Shown here one piece after another: positions 49,568 to 59,301 of a DNA stretch of 64,000 bases. Position numbers and translations under genes: made by a program. Numbering within the stretch: position 1 is the first letter of the stretch; each line of letters begins with the position of its first letter. Origin of the DNA: Candidatus Latescibacterota bacterium. GTDB taxonomy: Bacteria; Latescibacterota; UBA2968; GCA-2709665. The notes under the pieces were generated by a model that was not told the DNA's origin, ran no database searches, and saw nothing but the letters and a program-made list of their open reading frames with translations. The stretch covers positions 32,001 through 96,000 of the forward strand of contig CBDDDZ010000003.1 in the NCBI GenBank assembly GCA_965226795.1, given 5' to 3'.

Positions 49568-51049
49568 TCAAGTCTCCCCAGGGTATCGGGTCGGCCTCCG
49601 GATGGGTGTTGGATACGTGCCATAGTCGACGAAGATTTCCACGTCTTCGACCACAATCCCACCTTCGAAGCCGGGAGGCCTTTTTTTCAGGGATATTTCA
49701 AGCACATTCCGGCCCTTACGGGGGCGTACGTTTTCCAGTTCGAACTCCAGCAATTGCCCCGCGTACGGATCCCGGAATCGGATCGGTGCGCGACGACAGG
49801 ACCCGGTGTCCAGCCGCGCGCCGTTCAGGCGGATCTCGAGTCTGTCGGCCGAGACGAGATTGCTTACGCCGATCCGGAGGCGGATGCTCCGTATGCGGTC
49901 ATTATCAGGGTCGTCGGCGATGGAGAACGGAATCTGACGATATTTCCCCGGGTCCGGTGAGGGGATCTCGAGGGGCAGCGAGGCGCCGTAGTCGTATTCG
50001 GATGCGGCGTCACAGCGACGGCGCAGGAAGTAGTGTTTATCGGCTTCCCGCACCAGGGTGGAATCGCCAAACTGCGTGAGGAGACTTCGCCCGGATTCGC
50101 CCAGGGGCCAGGGAAGAAACCAGGTGTAGAGGCCGTCGACGCCGAGTTCCCAATAATTCGCGGCGGCCGCCCGCATCATGGCGGGGGTCGCGTTGTCGGC
50201 AGTTCGAAACCGCCGGCTTTCGTCGCTCCCATAGGGTTGAAGCATACCGTAAACCGAGATATCGTGGTCGTGGGCGGCCTGCACGAGCCACCCGATGGGC
50301 ATGTTGGCGTCCAGGACGAAGTCAATGTAGAGCATGGGAACGACGAAGTCGACCAGCCCCTCCCGGAGCCAGGTTTGCACGTCCAGTCCGGTCTTGAGGT
50401 TCAGTTCTTCGGTGGGGTAGACGCGGGCGCCGATCTGGGCTGGGCCGCCCGGGCGGCCGCGGACCACTTCACTCGTTCTGCGAACGAAGTCGGTCATCAC
50501 CGGCGTGCATTCGGACACGTCCTCCGGCCTCAGCCAGAAGGGACTTCCGCCGGGGGCCGCGGAGAAGTCCAGTTCCACCCCTTCGACGGCGTATTCTGTG
50601 GCGAGTTCTTTCAGCACGGCGAATTGGTGGTCGCGCACTTCCGGGTGGAAAAAACCCCGCCCTCCGGTGTCGAGCGCGTGCTCCGGGGCCATGCCCCCAT
50701 AGCCGCCCATGCGCAGGCTGGCGATGAAGTCCATGCCCTTTTCGTGGGCGCGGTCGACCAGGACGGCGAGAGGGTCGAGGCCGCGGGCGATGAGGCTGTG
50801 CATGTTCTCCCAGGCGCGCCATTCGTGGGAATGTTGAAACGGACGCCGGTCATCACCGAATACGAGGCCGATCCTGGAGGGATAGAAAAGGCCATCCGAA
50901 CGGGAGACGCCATAGACGAAGGTGTCCACGGCCGTGCCGGCAACTTCATCCACTGGCATCCAGGCGTCTTCCAGCCGCATCGGCGGTTCGAAGACGAAAA
51001 GGTAGTAGTGACGGGCGTCGTTGAAGTAGATGGTGCGGCGCTTTCTCAT
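49568..51049 (-). CDS. GHL10-like protein (paralog 2)
   Basis: YFNDARH, DPL....AHEKGM, PEVRD, EGVELDF, GVDGLY. Confidence 0.72.
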   Translation of the reverse strand: MRKRRTIYFNDARHYYLFVFEPPMRLEDAWMPVDEVAGTAVDTFVYGVSRSDGLFYPSRIGLVFGDDRRPFQHSHEWRAWENMHSLIARGLDPLAVLVDRAHEKGMDFIASLRMGGYGGMAPEHALDTGGRGFFHPEVRDHQFAVLKELATEYAVEGVELDFSAAPGGSPFWLRPEDVSECTPVMTDFVRRTSEVVRGRPGGPAQIGARVYPTEELNLKTGLDVQTWLREGLVDFVVPMLYIDFVLDANMPIGWLVQAAHDHDISVYGMLQPYGSDESRRFRTADNATPAMMRAAAANYWELGVDGLYTWFLPWPLGESGRSLLTQFGDSTLVREADKHYFLRRRCDAASEYDYGASLPLEIPSPDPGKYRQIPFSIADDPDNDRIRSIRLRIGVSNLVSADRLEIRLNGARLDTGSCRRAPIRFRDPYAGQLLEFELENVRPRKGRNVLEISLKKRPPGFEGGIVVEDVEIFVDYGTYPTPIRRPTRYPGET

Positions 51050-51114
51050 CACTGACACTTCCTGTAAGACCCGGTGGTGTTTCTCCGGGTGGGAAAGGGT
51101 GTAATCCGGTCCGG

Positions 51115-52698
51115 TTACTCCCCCGAAGGTTCGGACGGGCCCAGATCCGGATCATCGATCCGGTGGAAGCTCCTGCCCATGAGGTACTTGATCTCGAGTT
51201 CCACGTCGCGGAGATATATTTGTGCCGTAACGTCCGGGTCCCGTTCGAGCAGGAAAACCTCCAGCGTGTTGAGGCCTTCGTGCGGCCAGAGTGCGCGGTC
51301 CGGCCGGAACACGAACCAGTAGCCGGAGCCGGTCCGGTAGCGCGGGGCGCTCATCCGGTACATCTCGTTGATCCTGCGCAGTTGACCGTCCGGAAGGTCA
51401 TTGCCGTTGAGACGGAAGCGGAACCGGTCCCGTTCCGTGGTGTTCATGATCCTTACGCGCAAAACCACGTCGTACACCCGTCCGGTTTCGTGCCAGCGGG
51501 GGAGGTCGTCGCTGATCCTGAATGCCACGCGGGTCGGTTCTTCCAAGGTCAGCGCAGCGGGCAGGCGCATGGCAACGCCGGGTTCGGTGACGGGTCTGGG
51601 GTACCGGCCGGTCTCGGTGGGAACATAGTAGTGCTTGTCCCTCGGGGCCATAACGTCCGGGTGCGGCAGTTCCCGCAGCTTCTCGTAGAAGGACGCCCGG
51701 TAGGGCCAGTTGCCGAACCAGTGGGCCAGGTAGAGGCCGTCGACTCCCTGGGTCCAGTAGTTGCACGCCGCCGCCCGGATCATTTCGATGGTGGCTTCGG
51801 CCAGGCGGTCGGAATCCACGTGGCTGTGCAGAGCCGCGTGGACCCTGCAGCCGGTTCCTCTGGCCGCTTCGACGAGTGGACGGAAGCCGACGGTCGAGTC
51901 GAGAAGTTCCGGGGTGGAGAATGTCTGTCCGATGAGTACGTCCACGATTCCCCGCCGAAGCCATTCCCGCACGTCCATGCCCACCTGTAGACAACCCTCG
52001 ATGCTGGCCGGAATGCGTACGGCAAGTTCGCGTGCGCGGACGCTGTTCTTCACGGCATGGTGGACCCGACCGATCCATTCGGTCATGATCTCACAGCCTT
52101 CTTCGATCGCATCAGGGTGGAAATAATACGGCGTGTAGTTGAGTTGCAGTTCGAAGCCGTCGACGGGGTAGACGCACAGGGCTTCCTCGATAACGGCAAA
52201 CCGTTCGTCTCGCACCTCCTGGTTACTGAAGTCGAGGCAGGTGAGGCCGGGAAAATCAGCCTCGAGGTCTCCGCGGGCGCCGATTTCGAGGTGTGCGTTT
52301 TCAAACCGGAAATCGGAGCAGCGGACATCCTCGTCGGGGTCCCCGCGCCCCTGCTGAACCAGAAGGGTGGGGTAGACGAGCATGCCTTTGTCGTGAGCCC
52401 GGTCGCAGATAAGGCGGAGAGGATCGTGGCCTTCCCGGATGAGACGCAATGCATTCCGGCCAGCCCTGTCGAAGATGAGGTGGGACCATTTATTCACGTT
52501 GTGGCCCCAGATTTCGCCGACTTTCGTGTCGTGGAGGAAAGTGCGGCCGTCACCCAGACAGAACATGATTGCCTCAACGGGGGTGCCCGCCAGTTCGTCC
52601 ACGCCGGCTTCGAATTCCTCCTTCTGAATGGGGGGCTCGTACATATAGATGAGGGGATGGCGGCCGTCGTGGTAAAACATCATGTGTGGTTTTGGCAT
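51115..52698 (-). CDS. GHL10-like protein (paralog 3)
   Basis: FYHDGRH, DPL...AHDKGM, LDFS..EVRD, DGFEL, GVDGLY, DKHY. Confidence 0.72.
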   Translation of the reverse strand: MPKPHMMFYHDGRHPLIYMYEPPIQKEEFEAGVDELAGTPVEAIMFCLGDGRTFLHDTKVGEIWGHNVNKWSHLIFDRAGRNALRLIREGHDPLRLICDRAHDKGMLVYPTLLVQQGRGDPDEDVRCSDFRFENAHLEIGARGDLEADFPGLTCLDFSNQEVRDERFAVIEEALCVYPVDGFELQLNYTPYYFHPDAIEEGCEIMTEWIGRVHHAVKNSVRARELAVRIPASIEGCLQVGMDVREWLRRGIVDVLIGQTFSTPELLDSTVGFRPLVEAARGTGCRVHAALHSHVDSDRLAEATIEMIRAAACNYWTQGVDGLYLAHWFGNWPYRASFYEKLRELPHPDVMAPRDKHYYVPTETGRYPRPVTEPGVAMRLPAALTLEEPTRVAFRISDDLPRWHETGRVYDVVLRVRIMNTTERDRFRFRLNGNDLPDGQLRRINEMYRMSAPRYRTGSGYWFVFRPDRALWPHEGLNTLEVFLLERDPDVTAQIYLRDVELEIKYLMGRSFHRIDDPDLGPSEPSGE

Positions 52699-52784
52699 CT
52701 GGCGTTCCTCAACCGGCCGGCCGGGTCCGAATGCTCCGCGGGAAGCAGAGCCGGATCTTGTGTCGGCAAGGGCTCTGTCCCGCA

Positions 52785-54941
52785 TTAGAGCCCAATCTCC
52801 TGGGTCGGCGTATCTGAGATGACGATCTCCCTGCCGTTCAACCTCAGGTGTCTCCCGCCGTGAACGAAGGCTTTCACGGGACGACCGTTCCGGTATTCGA
52901 TGGCGGCTGTATGTCCCGAGAAGGAAATGTCGTTGGCGGTGACGGTGATGCCGGGAGCGCCGTGAAACACCAGATGGTGATATTCCCCGGCGGTAACTTG
53001 CAGCGCACGAGGCAGAATGGGAGATTCGGCGCTGCCATCGACCCTACACTCGAGTGCCGTGACCGTGGCCTCAGGGCGCGCGCCTTTATATGGCATAAGG
53101 AGAACGTCGAATGGGGTGATGGGCTGCTCGACACCCCAACCTCGGAGGGCGAGGAAATAACGATCCGGCCACGGCGTGGCGGGCGGATCGCCGGAGTATA
53201 CGGGGATTTCCCGCACCATTTCTTCCAGATAGTCGATGCCATTGAACGCATATTTGAGCTGCCTGGGGTTCGCGGGCGCAACGAGGAGGCCGACGGCATC
53301 ACTCTCGGCAACGGCGGCGGTACCGTGTGTAGTGAAGGGAAAGACGCTGTGGAGATACCAGAGCGCGCTTCTCCGACGATGGGAGCACGCGACGGCGTCC
53401 GAGACGAGAAAGCCCCACGGTTTGAAAAACAGGATTCTGCGTTCGATCACGACCCCCGCGCTGGCTTCGTAGGCGCGGTGCCGGCCGGAGAAGAAATCCC
53501 AGGACGCCGTGCTGCCGAACTGAATCTGTTCGCCGCGGAATTCGGGCCGGGCGGAAGGGGCTCCTTCGATGACGACGTGGTTGTGCGCCTGTTCGGAGCG
53601 GAAATACATATCCCACGGGGCATCGTACGGCCCGAAACGGGAGACTTCGGCGACAAGGGGGATACCGTGGGCGTAGAGATTGATGTCCAGAATACCCATA
53701 TGGCTGTGGCCGCCGGGCCATTGCCCGTGGTTGACGAGCATGTAGGTGTCCTCCGGCTCCCAACCGGAGCGCATCACGCAAAATTCGCTGGAATCCAGGC
53801 ACAGGCTCTCAAATCCGGGTTTTCGGGGCTCCGGATCGATCCCGTCCAGTTTGTGGCGGATGGGCCACAGATACGCGCCGTCACCGGTGAAGGCGCTTGC
53901 CTGTTTCAGGAGTTCCGTCCCGTCCATGAAGCTGCCGTCGTTGATGCCCGGCATTTCGCCCCCTGGACCGGCCATCCTGAGGAACCAGACGTAGGCGTTC
54001 TGGGTACGCTCCCGCCAATCCAGGGTCTGGGGCGGAAGGAGCCCAGGGTTGGTCTCGGCCAGAAGGGTGGCCTCTTCCAGGTGGCGCAGGCAGCCGCTTC
54101 CGTAGGAATAGCAACGTTCGCTGTGGCCGCCGTCTGTGTAATAATCCTTCTCCATGTGCTGCTCCAGGTATTTCGCGCCGACGGTACGGAAGGCTTCGGA
54201 TTCACGGAATTCCGGAAGCAGAAAACCAACGAGGAGCAAGGCCGAGATGCCATGAACCTGCCAATTTCCGGTCCGGTAGCCTTTTGCGTTCTGTTCCAAC
54301 GTCAGCCAGCGGGCCGCCCCGAGCAGCGACTTGAAGAGCAGACGGATATGGTCGGGGGAGAGCAGGTGGCCCATATCCAGAAGTTTGACGGCGTAGAGGA
54401 AGTTCAGGAACCGACGGCTTCTCCCGGAGAGGCCAAGTTCGTAGAAAACCGGATGCATCCGACGGGCGCCTGTAATTTCGTGCCGGACCGCGTACCATTG
54501 TCGGATGATCTTCAGGTAGCTTTCGAGGTACCGCTCATCGCCCGTGTCCACGGCGGCCACGGTCAAACAATCCATCCACCCGAGATAATGGAAACCGTAT
54601 TTGGACTGATCGCCGAACCAGGCGTTGAATTCAATCGGCCGCGAGAAGTCGATTTCGACCTGGCCGAATCGCCGGCGCCCTCCGTTGAGGATGGTGTCGG
54701 CGAGATCCCGGTTGGCCGCGACTCTCGGCCTGAGTTCGTCCAGGGAACGCGCGAAGGGGTTTACCGGCTTCTTCCGGGCCAGGAAACACCGCCACCAGGC
54801 GTCGAACGCTTCGTCGTAACGGGTCGAATCCGCGGCGGACCGGACCTCGTCAAGCCCTGGGAGGTCGAGATTCAGGGCTTCGAAGAAAGAAACGTCTGTA
54901 ATGTGGACAATTCTGTCGGGGAATTCGTCGTGATGGAACAT
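52785..54941 (-). CDS. Heparinase II/III family protein
   Basis: GNWQ, PEF, DGGHSE..Y, PGIND, MRSGW, GHSH, AHNHVVI. Confidence 0.85.
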   Translation of the reverse strand: MFHHDEFPDRIVHITDVSFFEALNLDLPGLDEVRSAADSTRYDEAFDAWWRCFLARKKPVNPFARSLDELRPRVAANRDLADTILNGGRRRFGQVEIDFSRPIEFNAWFGDQSKYGFHYLGWMDCLTVAAVDTGDERYLESYLKIIRQWYAVRHEITGARRMHPVFYELGLSGRSRRFLNFLYAVKLLDMGHLLSPDHIRLLFKSLLGAARWLTLEQNAKGYRTGNWQVHGISALLLVGFLLPEFRESEAFRTVGAKYLEQHMEKDYYTDGGHSERCYSYGSGCLRHLEEATLLAETNPGLLPPQTLDWRERTQNAYVWFLRMAGPGGEMPGINDGSFMDGTELLKQASAFTGDGAYLWPIRHKLDGIDPEPRKPGFESLCLDSSEFCVMRSGWEPEDTYMLVNHGQWPGGHSHMGILDINLYAHGIPLVAEVSRFGPYDAPWDMYFRSEQAHNHVVIEGAPSARPEFRGEQIQFGSTASWDFFSGRHRAYEASAGVVIERRILFFKPWGFLVSDAVACSHRRRSALWYLHSVFPFTTHGTAAVAESDAVGLLVAPANPRQLKYAFNGIDYLEEMVREIPVYSGDPPATPWPDRYFLALRGWGVEQPITPFDVLLMPYKGARPEATVTALECRVDGSAESPILPRALQVTAGEYHHLVFHGAPGITVTANDISFSGHTAAIEYRNGRPVKAFVHGGRHLRLNGREIVISDTPTQEIGL

Positions 54942-54997
54942 GGAGTACCCCTCGAAAGACAAGGTTTCGCCATGGGCGGGACGGACGGCCGTCGGGT

Positions 54998-55936
54998 TTA
55001 CGGTACTTCGTTTCCAGGATCGGGAACGGAAACCATCGGTTCCTCCCGCCGGCCGGTTCTCCTCAGGTCTTTGGTGATGCCGATCTGGCAGGTGACGTAC
55101 GCGCTTTCTCTTCTGAACCCCCGGGTATTCAGCTGCCCGGCGGCGTAACCCGGACGCGCGTCGCCGATGGTACCCACAATGAGGTTGGCGTGTTCCACGG
55201 TGGTCGCGTAACGGTCGGCGATGAGACCCACCATGTCGGTCCATGCGATTTTCAGCGCTTCCTCCCAGTTCGCGGCCATGCCGCTGGTGAGGATCTCCTC
55301 CGGGGTTTCCACGACCGGGCCGCCCGTGGGAAAGCCCGGCGAGCGGTCGAAGCGCAGCGTGAGCGCGGAGTCGATTTCCACGCCGGTACCGGTGAGTTCA
55401 CCGTCGCCCATGCGGGCGTGGACGTCGCCCACGTAGAAGTGACCGCCGTACCGCTGGGCACGGATATGCACGATGCTGCCGGGACAAATGGAATTGAAGT
55501 CCATGTTGCCGCCGTGGTTCCAGGGACCCGTGTCCTGGGAGACGGGCGCCAGTTGGACCACGCCGATCATCGGGCGGACAGGGACCACGAAGTCCGGCGG
55601 GAAGTGCAGGAGGCCGTCATTGACGGGAGCGACGGAACGCAGGCTGCCTCGAAACGGTCCGCCGTTGTTGTAATAGCCGTAGGGACCCACCTCAATATCG
55701 ATGACTTCAATGGAAACCCAGTCGCCGGGTTCGATACCGTCAATCAGAAACGGACCTCCCTGGCGTGAGCCGCGCGGTGTGGTGGTTTCCGGAATCACGC
55801 CCGGCTTGAGGTCGCCGTCGGCGCCGCCGGGTGTTTCGATAACGAGCGTTTCGCCGAGTTCGATCGTACCGCGAACCTGGCCTCGTTCGGAGGCTTCGGA
55901 CCCCGTCAGATAAGGTTCTCGAGTAAAACGGCGCAT
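54998..55936 (-). CDS. Acetamidase/formamidase family protein
   Basis: GP..IDG.EPGD, RPMIGV, HGGNMD, GDVHARMGDGE..G.GVE. Confidence 0.92.
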   Translation of the reverse strand: MRRFTREPYLTGSEASERGQVRGTIELGETLVIETPGGADGDLKPGVIPETTTPRGSRQGGPFLIDGIEPGDWVSIEVIDIEVGPYGYYNNGGPFRGSLRSVAPVNDGLLHFPPDFVVPVRPMIGVVQLAPVSQDTGPWNHGGNMDFNSICPGSIVHIRAQRYGGHFYVGDVHARMGDGELTGTGVEIDSALTLRFDRSPGFPTGGPVVETPEEILTSGMAANWEEALKIAWTDMVGLIADRYATTVEHANLIVGTIGDARPGYAAGQLNTRGFRRESAYVTCQIGITKDLRRTGRREEPMVSVPDPGNEVP

Positions 55937-56149
55937 GAGAAATCTCCTGTTCTGGAGCGCGTTGGGGCACTTTCAACCGCCGTTCCGCACCCGCGTCCGG
56001 GTCGCCTCCCCCCGGTATCGAGTTGACCCGGATGAAACTGTGAACGCGTCGAATCCGCTTGATAAACCAATCCTGAAGAGGCATAATAGGTATTGGGAAT
56101 GGAAGCGTCAAGGTTTTGGAGCAGGGACTGCTGAATAGGAGCGGTGGAC

Positions 56150-56929
56150 ATGCGGATCGACGCACATATGCACGTCGCCGGTAATCTGGCATCCGTGGGC
56201 TGGCGGGGCAAATGGACCGACGATCGGGTGGTGATCGAGGCCGCCGATCGGCTGGAAATCGATCAGCTTTGCTGTTCGATACCGATTCAGGGGCTGGAAA
56301 CCCGCCGCCCTGACGGAATGCGCGAGGTGAACGATAGCGTCCTGTACGCCATGCGGCGGTTTCCCGGGCGCATTCTGGGATATGTGTTTCTGGATCCCCG
56401 GTTTCAACGCGAGGCGCGAGATGAAATCGACCGGTGTATTCTGAAACACGGAATGATGGGCGTAAAGCTCTATAATCAATGCAAGTGCTGGGATCCCATG
56501 GTGTTGCCGATCGTGGAGCGGTGCATCGATCTGGGAGTGCCGATTCTGCACCACGGGGGAAAGCAGATGCCGGTGTCCGGCAGGCCATGGCAGACGTATC
56601 GCTCGGACAGCGGGGATTTTGCGCGGCTCGCGCGACTGTATCCGGAAGCCATCATTATAGAGGGGCATCCGATCGTCGGAGACTGGGAGTGGGCGATCAA
56701 AACCCTGCGCGAGGTATCGAATGTCTACGTGGATACGAGCGGGAGCCTGAACGACGACGGTTTCATTGAGATGGCGGTGCGCCAACTGGGAGCGGAGCGC
56801 GTGCTGTTTGCAACGGATGTGTCAATGGAGGCCGGGGTGGGCAAGATGCTGGGAGCCGAGATTAAGGCGCGGCAGCGAACGCGGATTTTCGGGGAAAATA
56901 TGAAACGAATTATGCAACAGCGAGTGTAA
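56150..56929 (+). CDS. Amidohydrolase family 2 protein
   Basis: IDAHMH, GVK, ILHH, GH, NVYVDTSG, RVLFATD. Confidence 0.9.
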   Translation: MRIDAHMHVAGNLASVGWRGKWTDDRVVIEAADRLEIDQLCCSIPIQGLETRRPDGMREVNDSVLYAMRRFPGRILGYVFLDPRFQREARDEIDRCILKHGMMGVKLYNQCKCWDPMVLPIVERCIDLGVPILHHGGKQMPVSGRPWQTYRSDSGDFARLARLYPEAIIIEGHPIVGDWEWAIKTLREVSNVYVDTSGSLNDDGFIEMAVRQLGAERVLFATDVSMEAGVGKMLGAEIKARQRTRIFGENMKRIMQQRV

Positions 56930-57052
56930 CTGATGCGCAGGTAGCGCTTGACGGTATGTCATTTTTGTTTATATTATTTTTGCCTCACTCCTGAAAAATC
57001 TCATTAATTCATTGTTCCGCCGTAAGCTTACGTTACACAATGCGGCAACCGC

Positions 57053-57085
57053 GTCGTTGTGGCATATGTCGTTGTGGCATATAAT
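57053..57085 (+). promoter_or_regulatory. 15-bp perfect tandem repeat overlapping TATAAT
   Basis: GTCGTTGTGGCATAT twice (57053-57082); TATAAT at 57080-57085. Confidence 0.55.
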
Positions 57086-57099
57086 GAAGGGATCTGCAG

Positions 57100-59037
57100 A
57101 TGAGTTTTCGTGACCGCGTCGTTTCAGGGGCTGCCAACGTCGCCTGGAATGTCTTCCAGAGCGTGAATACAAGCCTCCCCGAGGGTCAGCCATTCCAACC
57201 TGCCTGGGCTTCGGCGCCCCTGTTGAAAAGTTATCAGCGATCGATGCCGACACTGGGTTTTCCACGCGAAACCGATTCGCTATGCCCGGATTGCGTGAAG
57301 GAGGTCCGGACCGCCATCATTGAAGGCAGGCGGGACATCGGAGAACTGGTACACGGCAATCCCGGAGAGATCAGGGCACAGATCCTCGAGGAAAACGGAT
57401 GTATTCTGATGCGCAAGACGTGCTCGATCCACGGGCCGTATGAAGACGTATTGTCAATCGATCCGGAGTTTACGCGCCTTATCGAGGGGCGTTTTCCCGG
57501 GCGCGATTACAACACCTGGGGAGACGCGCACGTGCACCGGCACGGTACATCCAGCATCAAGTACGGGCGTGGAGCCGTGCTCACGATCGACCTGACCAAC
57601 CGCTGCAATATGATGTGCAATCCCTGTTTCATGGATGCGAACCAGGTGGGATATGTCCACGAACTGACAATGGACGACGTGAAACGGATCCTGGACGCAT
57701 CGATCTCCTTCAAACCACGCCGGCAGATGTCGGTACAGTTCTCTGGCGGAGAACCCACGATTTCGCCGCATTTTCTGGATGCGTGCCGGTATGCCAAAAA
57801 GGTCGGCTATTGGTGCGTACAGGCCGCGACCAACGGACTCCGCTTCGCCGAAGAACCGGATTTCGCGTTCGAGGCGAAGGCCGCCGGTTTCGACATGGCG
57901 TATTTGCAGTTCGACGGCGTAACCAATGCGGCCAACCAGCATCGGCACATTTCCAATCTGTTCGACGCCAAGCTGCTGGCAATGGAGAACCTTTCCCGCG
58001 CCGGAATCGATATCACGCCCGTCACGACGGTTTTAAACACCATCAACAACGACCAGGTAGGGCCAATTCTCCAATTCTGCATCGACAACAGCGACAAGGT
58101 CGGTTCAATTTCCTTCCAGCCCGTGTCGTTCACCGGGCGGGACGAGGATATTTCCGACGAGATGCGCCACAGGCAGCGCTACACCATTTCCCACCTCGCT
58201 CACGATCTGCAGACGTGGTCAGGGGGGAAAATCGACGTCCACCGGGATTGGTACCCGCTGGGAGCGGGGACGCTGTTTACCACGCTTGCCGACCACTTGC
58301 GGGGGCAGGACGCCGAATTCGGTGGTCAGACCTGCTCCTGTCACCCCAACTGTGGTTCCGCAGCCCATATTATCGTGAACGAGAAGACCAGGCAGTGGGC
58401 TCCCATCACCGAGTTCTTCAACCAGGAACAGTTTATGAAGGACATCGAAGTGATGACCGATACCGCGCGGGACCCCAAATGGATCAAGTTCCAGGTCGGC
58501 ATGTCGCTGCTTCGGAATTTCAACGACAGGAAGGCGCCGGCCGGGTTTGGCCTTCAGGATCTTGCGCGGATTCTGGACCGCAGGGTGGGGGGTTCCATCA
58601 GCGGCGGTCCGAGGCCCGCCGACAGGCAGTGGCGCATTATGTGGGTAGGCGGAATGTGGTTCCAGGATCTGTGGACCTACGATTTCCGCCGAACGGAAAT
58701 GTGCGTGATCCCGTACGGCACCCAGGAAGGCGAGATCTCATTCTGCGCGTATAACACGGGTATCGGCTGGCGTCAGATTATAGAGAATATGCATATGACC
58801 GCCTCAACGGCCGATTGGTTCAAAACCAGAGGCCGGCACCCCATCTACGCGGGCAACCGCGACATGCCGCTGCCGGAGACGGACCATACGCTGCGAGTCC
58901 GGGAGACGGAAACCGGCGAACTCGAGCTTCCGGTCATAAACGACAGCCACGAGGGCAATGGATGCTGCGGTTCCGAAGAGGACACCATTCGAAAGATCGT
59001 TGCCGCACCCGAAGCGCGGGAGCCGGTGGCCTCCTGA
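57100..59037 (+). CDS. Radical SAM enzyme, tetraether lipid synthase (Tes/GDGT-MAS)-like
   Basis: T.SLCPDC...KTC..HG rubredoxin-like N-terminus; DLTNRCNMMCNPCF; QFSGGEPT; YLQFDG; CSCHPNCG; C...ISFCAYN. Confidence 0.85.
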   Translation: MSFRDRVVSGAANVAWNVFQSVNTSLPEGQPFQPAWASAPLLKSYQRSMPTLGFPRETDSLCPDCVKEVRTAIIEGRRDIGELVHGNPGEIRAQILEENGCILMRKTCSIHGPYEDVLSIDPEFTRLIEGRFPGRDYNTWGDAHVHRHGTSSIKYGRGAVLTIDLTNRCNMMCNPCFMDANQVGYVHELTMDDVKRILDASISFKPRRQMSVQFSGGEPTISPHFLDACRYAKKVGYWCVQAATNGLRFAEEPDFAFEAKAAGFDMAYLQFDGVTNAANQHRHISNLFDAKLLAMENLSRAGIDITPVTTVLNTINNDQVGPILQFCIDNSDKVGSISFQPVSFTGRDEDISDEMRHRQRYTISHLAHDLQTWSGGKIDVHRDWYPLGAGTLFTTLADHLRGQDAEFGGQTCSCHPNCGSAAHIIVNEKTRQWAPITEFFNQEQFMKDIEVMTDTARDPKWIKFQVGMSLLRNFNDRKAPAGFGLQDLARILDRRVGGSISGGPRPADRQWRIMWVGGMWFQDLWTYDFRRTEMCVIPYGTQEGEISFCAYNTGIGWRQIIENMHMTASTADWFKTRGRHPIYAGNRDMPLPETDHTLRVRETETGELELPVINDSHEGNGCCGSEEDTIRKIVAAPEAREPVAS

Positions 59038-59063
59038 CGGTACCGCGCACCGATGTCGAACCG

Positions 59064-59093
59064 ATCCGGGCAGGAGTTGTGTCCGGATTTTTT
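59064..59093 (+). terminator. Intrinsic terminator after the radical SAM gene
   Basis: ATCCGGGCA-loop-TGTCCGGAT-TTTTT. Confidence 0.7.
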
Positions 59094-59207
59094 GTAGGGC
59101 CAGCGTCAATTCGCGTCGTGAACAGGGCCGTACATCTCACCACGGTAAGTTTCGGATTCGGGAGAACATGTTCTTCACTGCGCCACACCGGAGTTGCGGC
59201 AAACGGA

Positions 59208-59236
59208 TTGACAATTCCGCTGCATTTATGTATCAT
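59208..59236 (+). promoter_or_regulatory. Sigma70 promoter for the tig operon
   Basis: TTGACA-17 bp-TATCAT. Confidence 0.7.
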
Positions 59237-59301
59237 TTGCGCTTGGATCGTTCAGAGAGTTACTTTGAAAACATCGACGCATTGGAAGGATGCCGAACGC
59301 C

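Noticed and set aside
56990..57003. CCTGAAAAATCTCA as another IS1380 left end
   Set aside because: Only about 10 nt match in an AT-rich promoter region, with no CTAG/TTAG flank
59040..59300. tRNA upstream of tig
   Set aside because: No cloverleaf, T-loop GTTCGA or CCA pattern found
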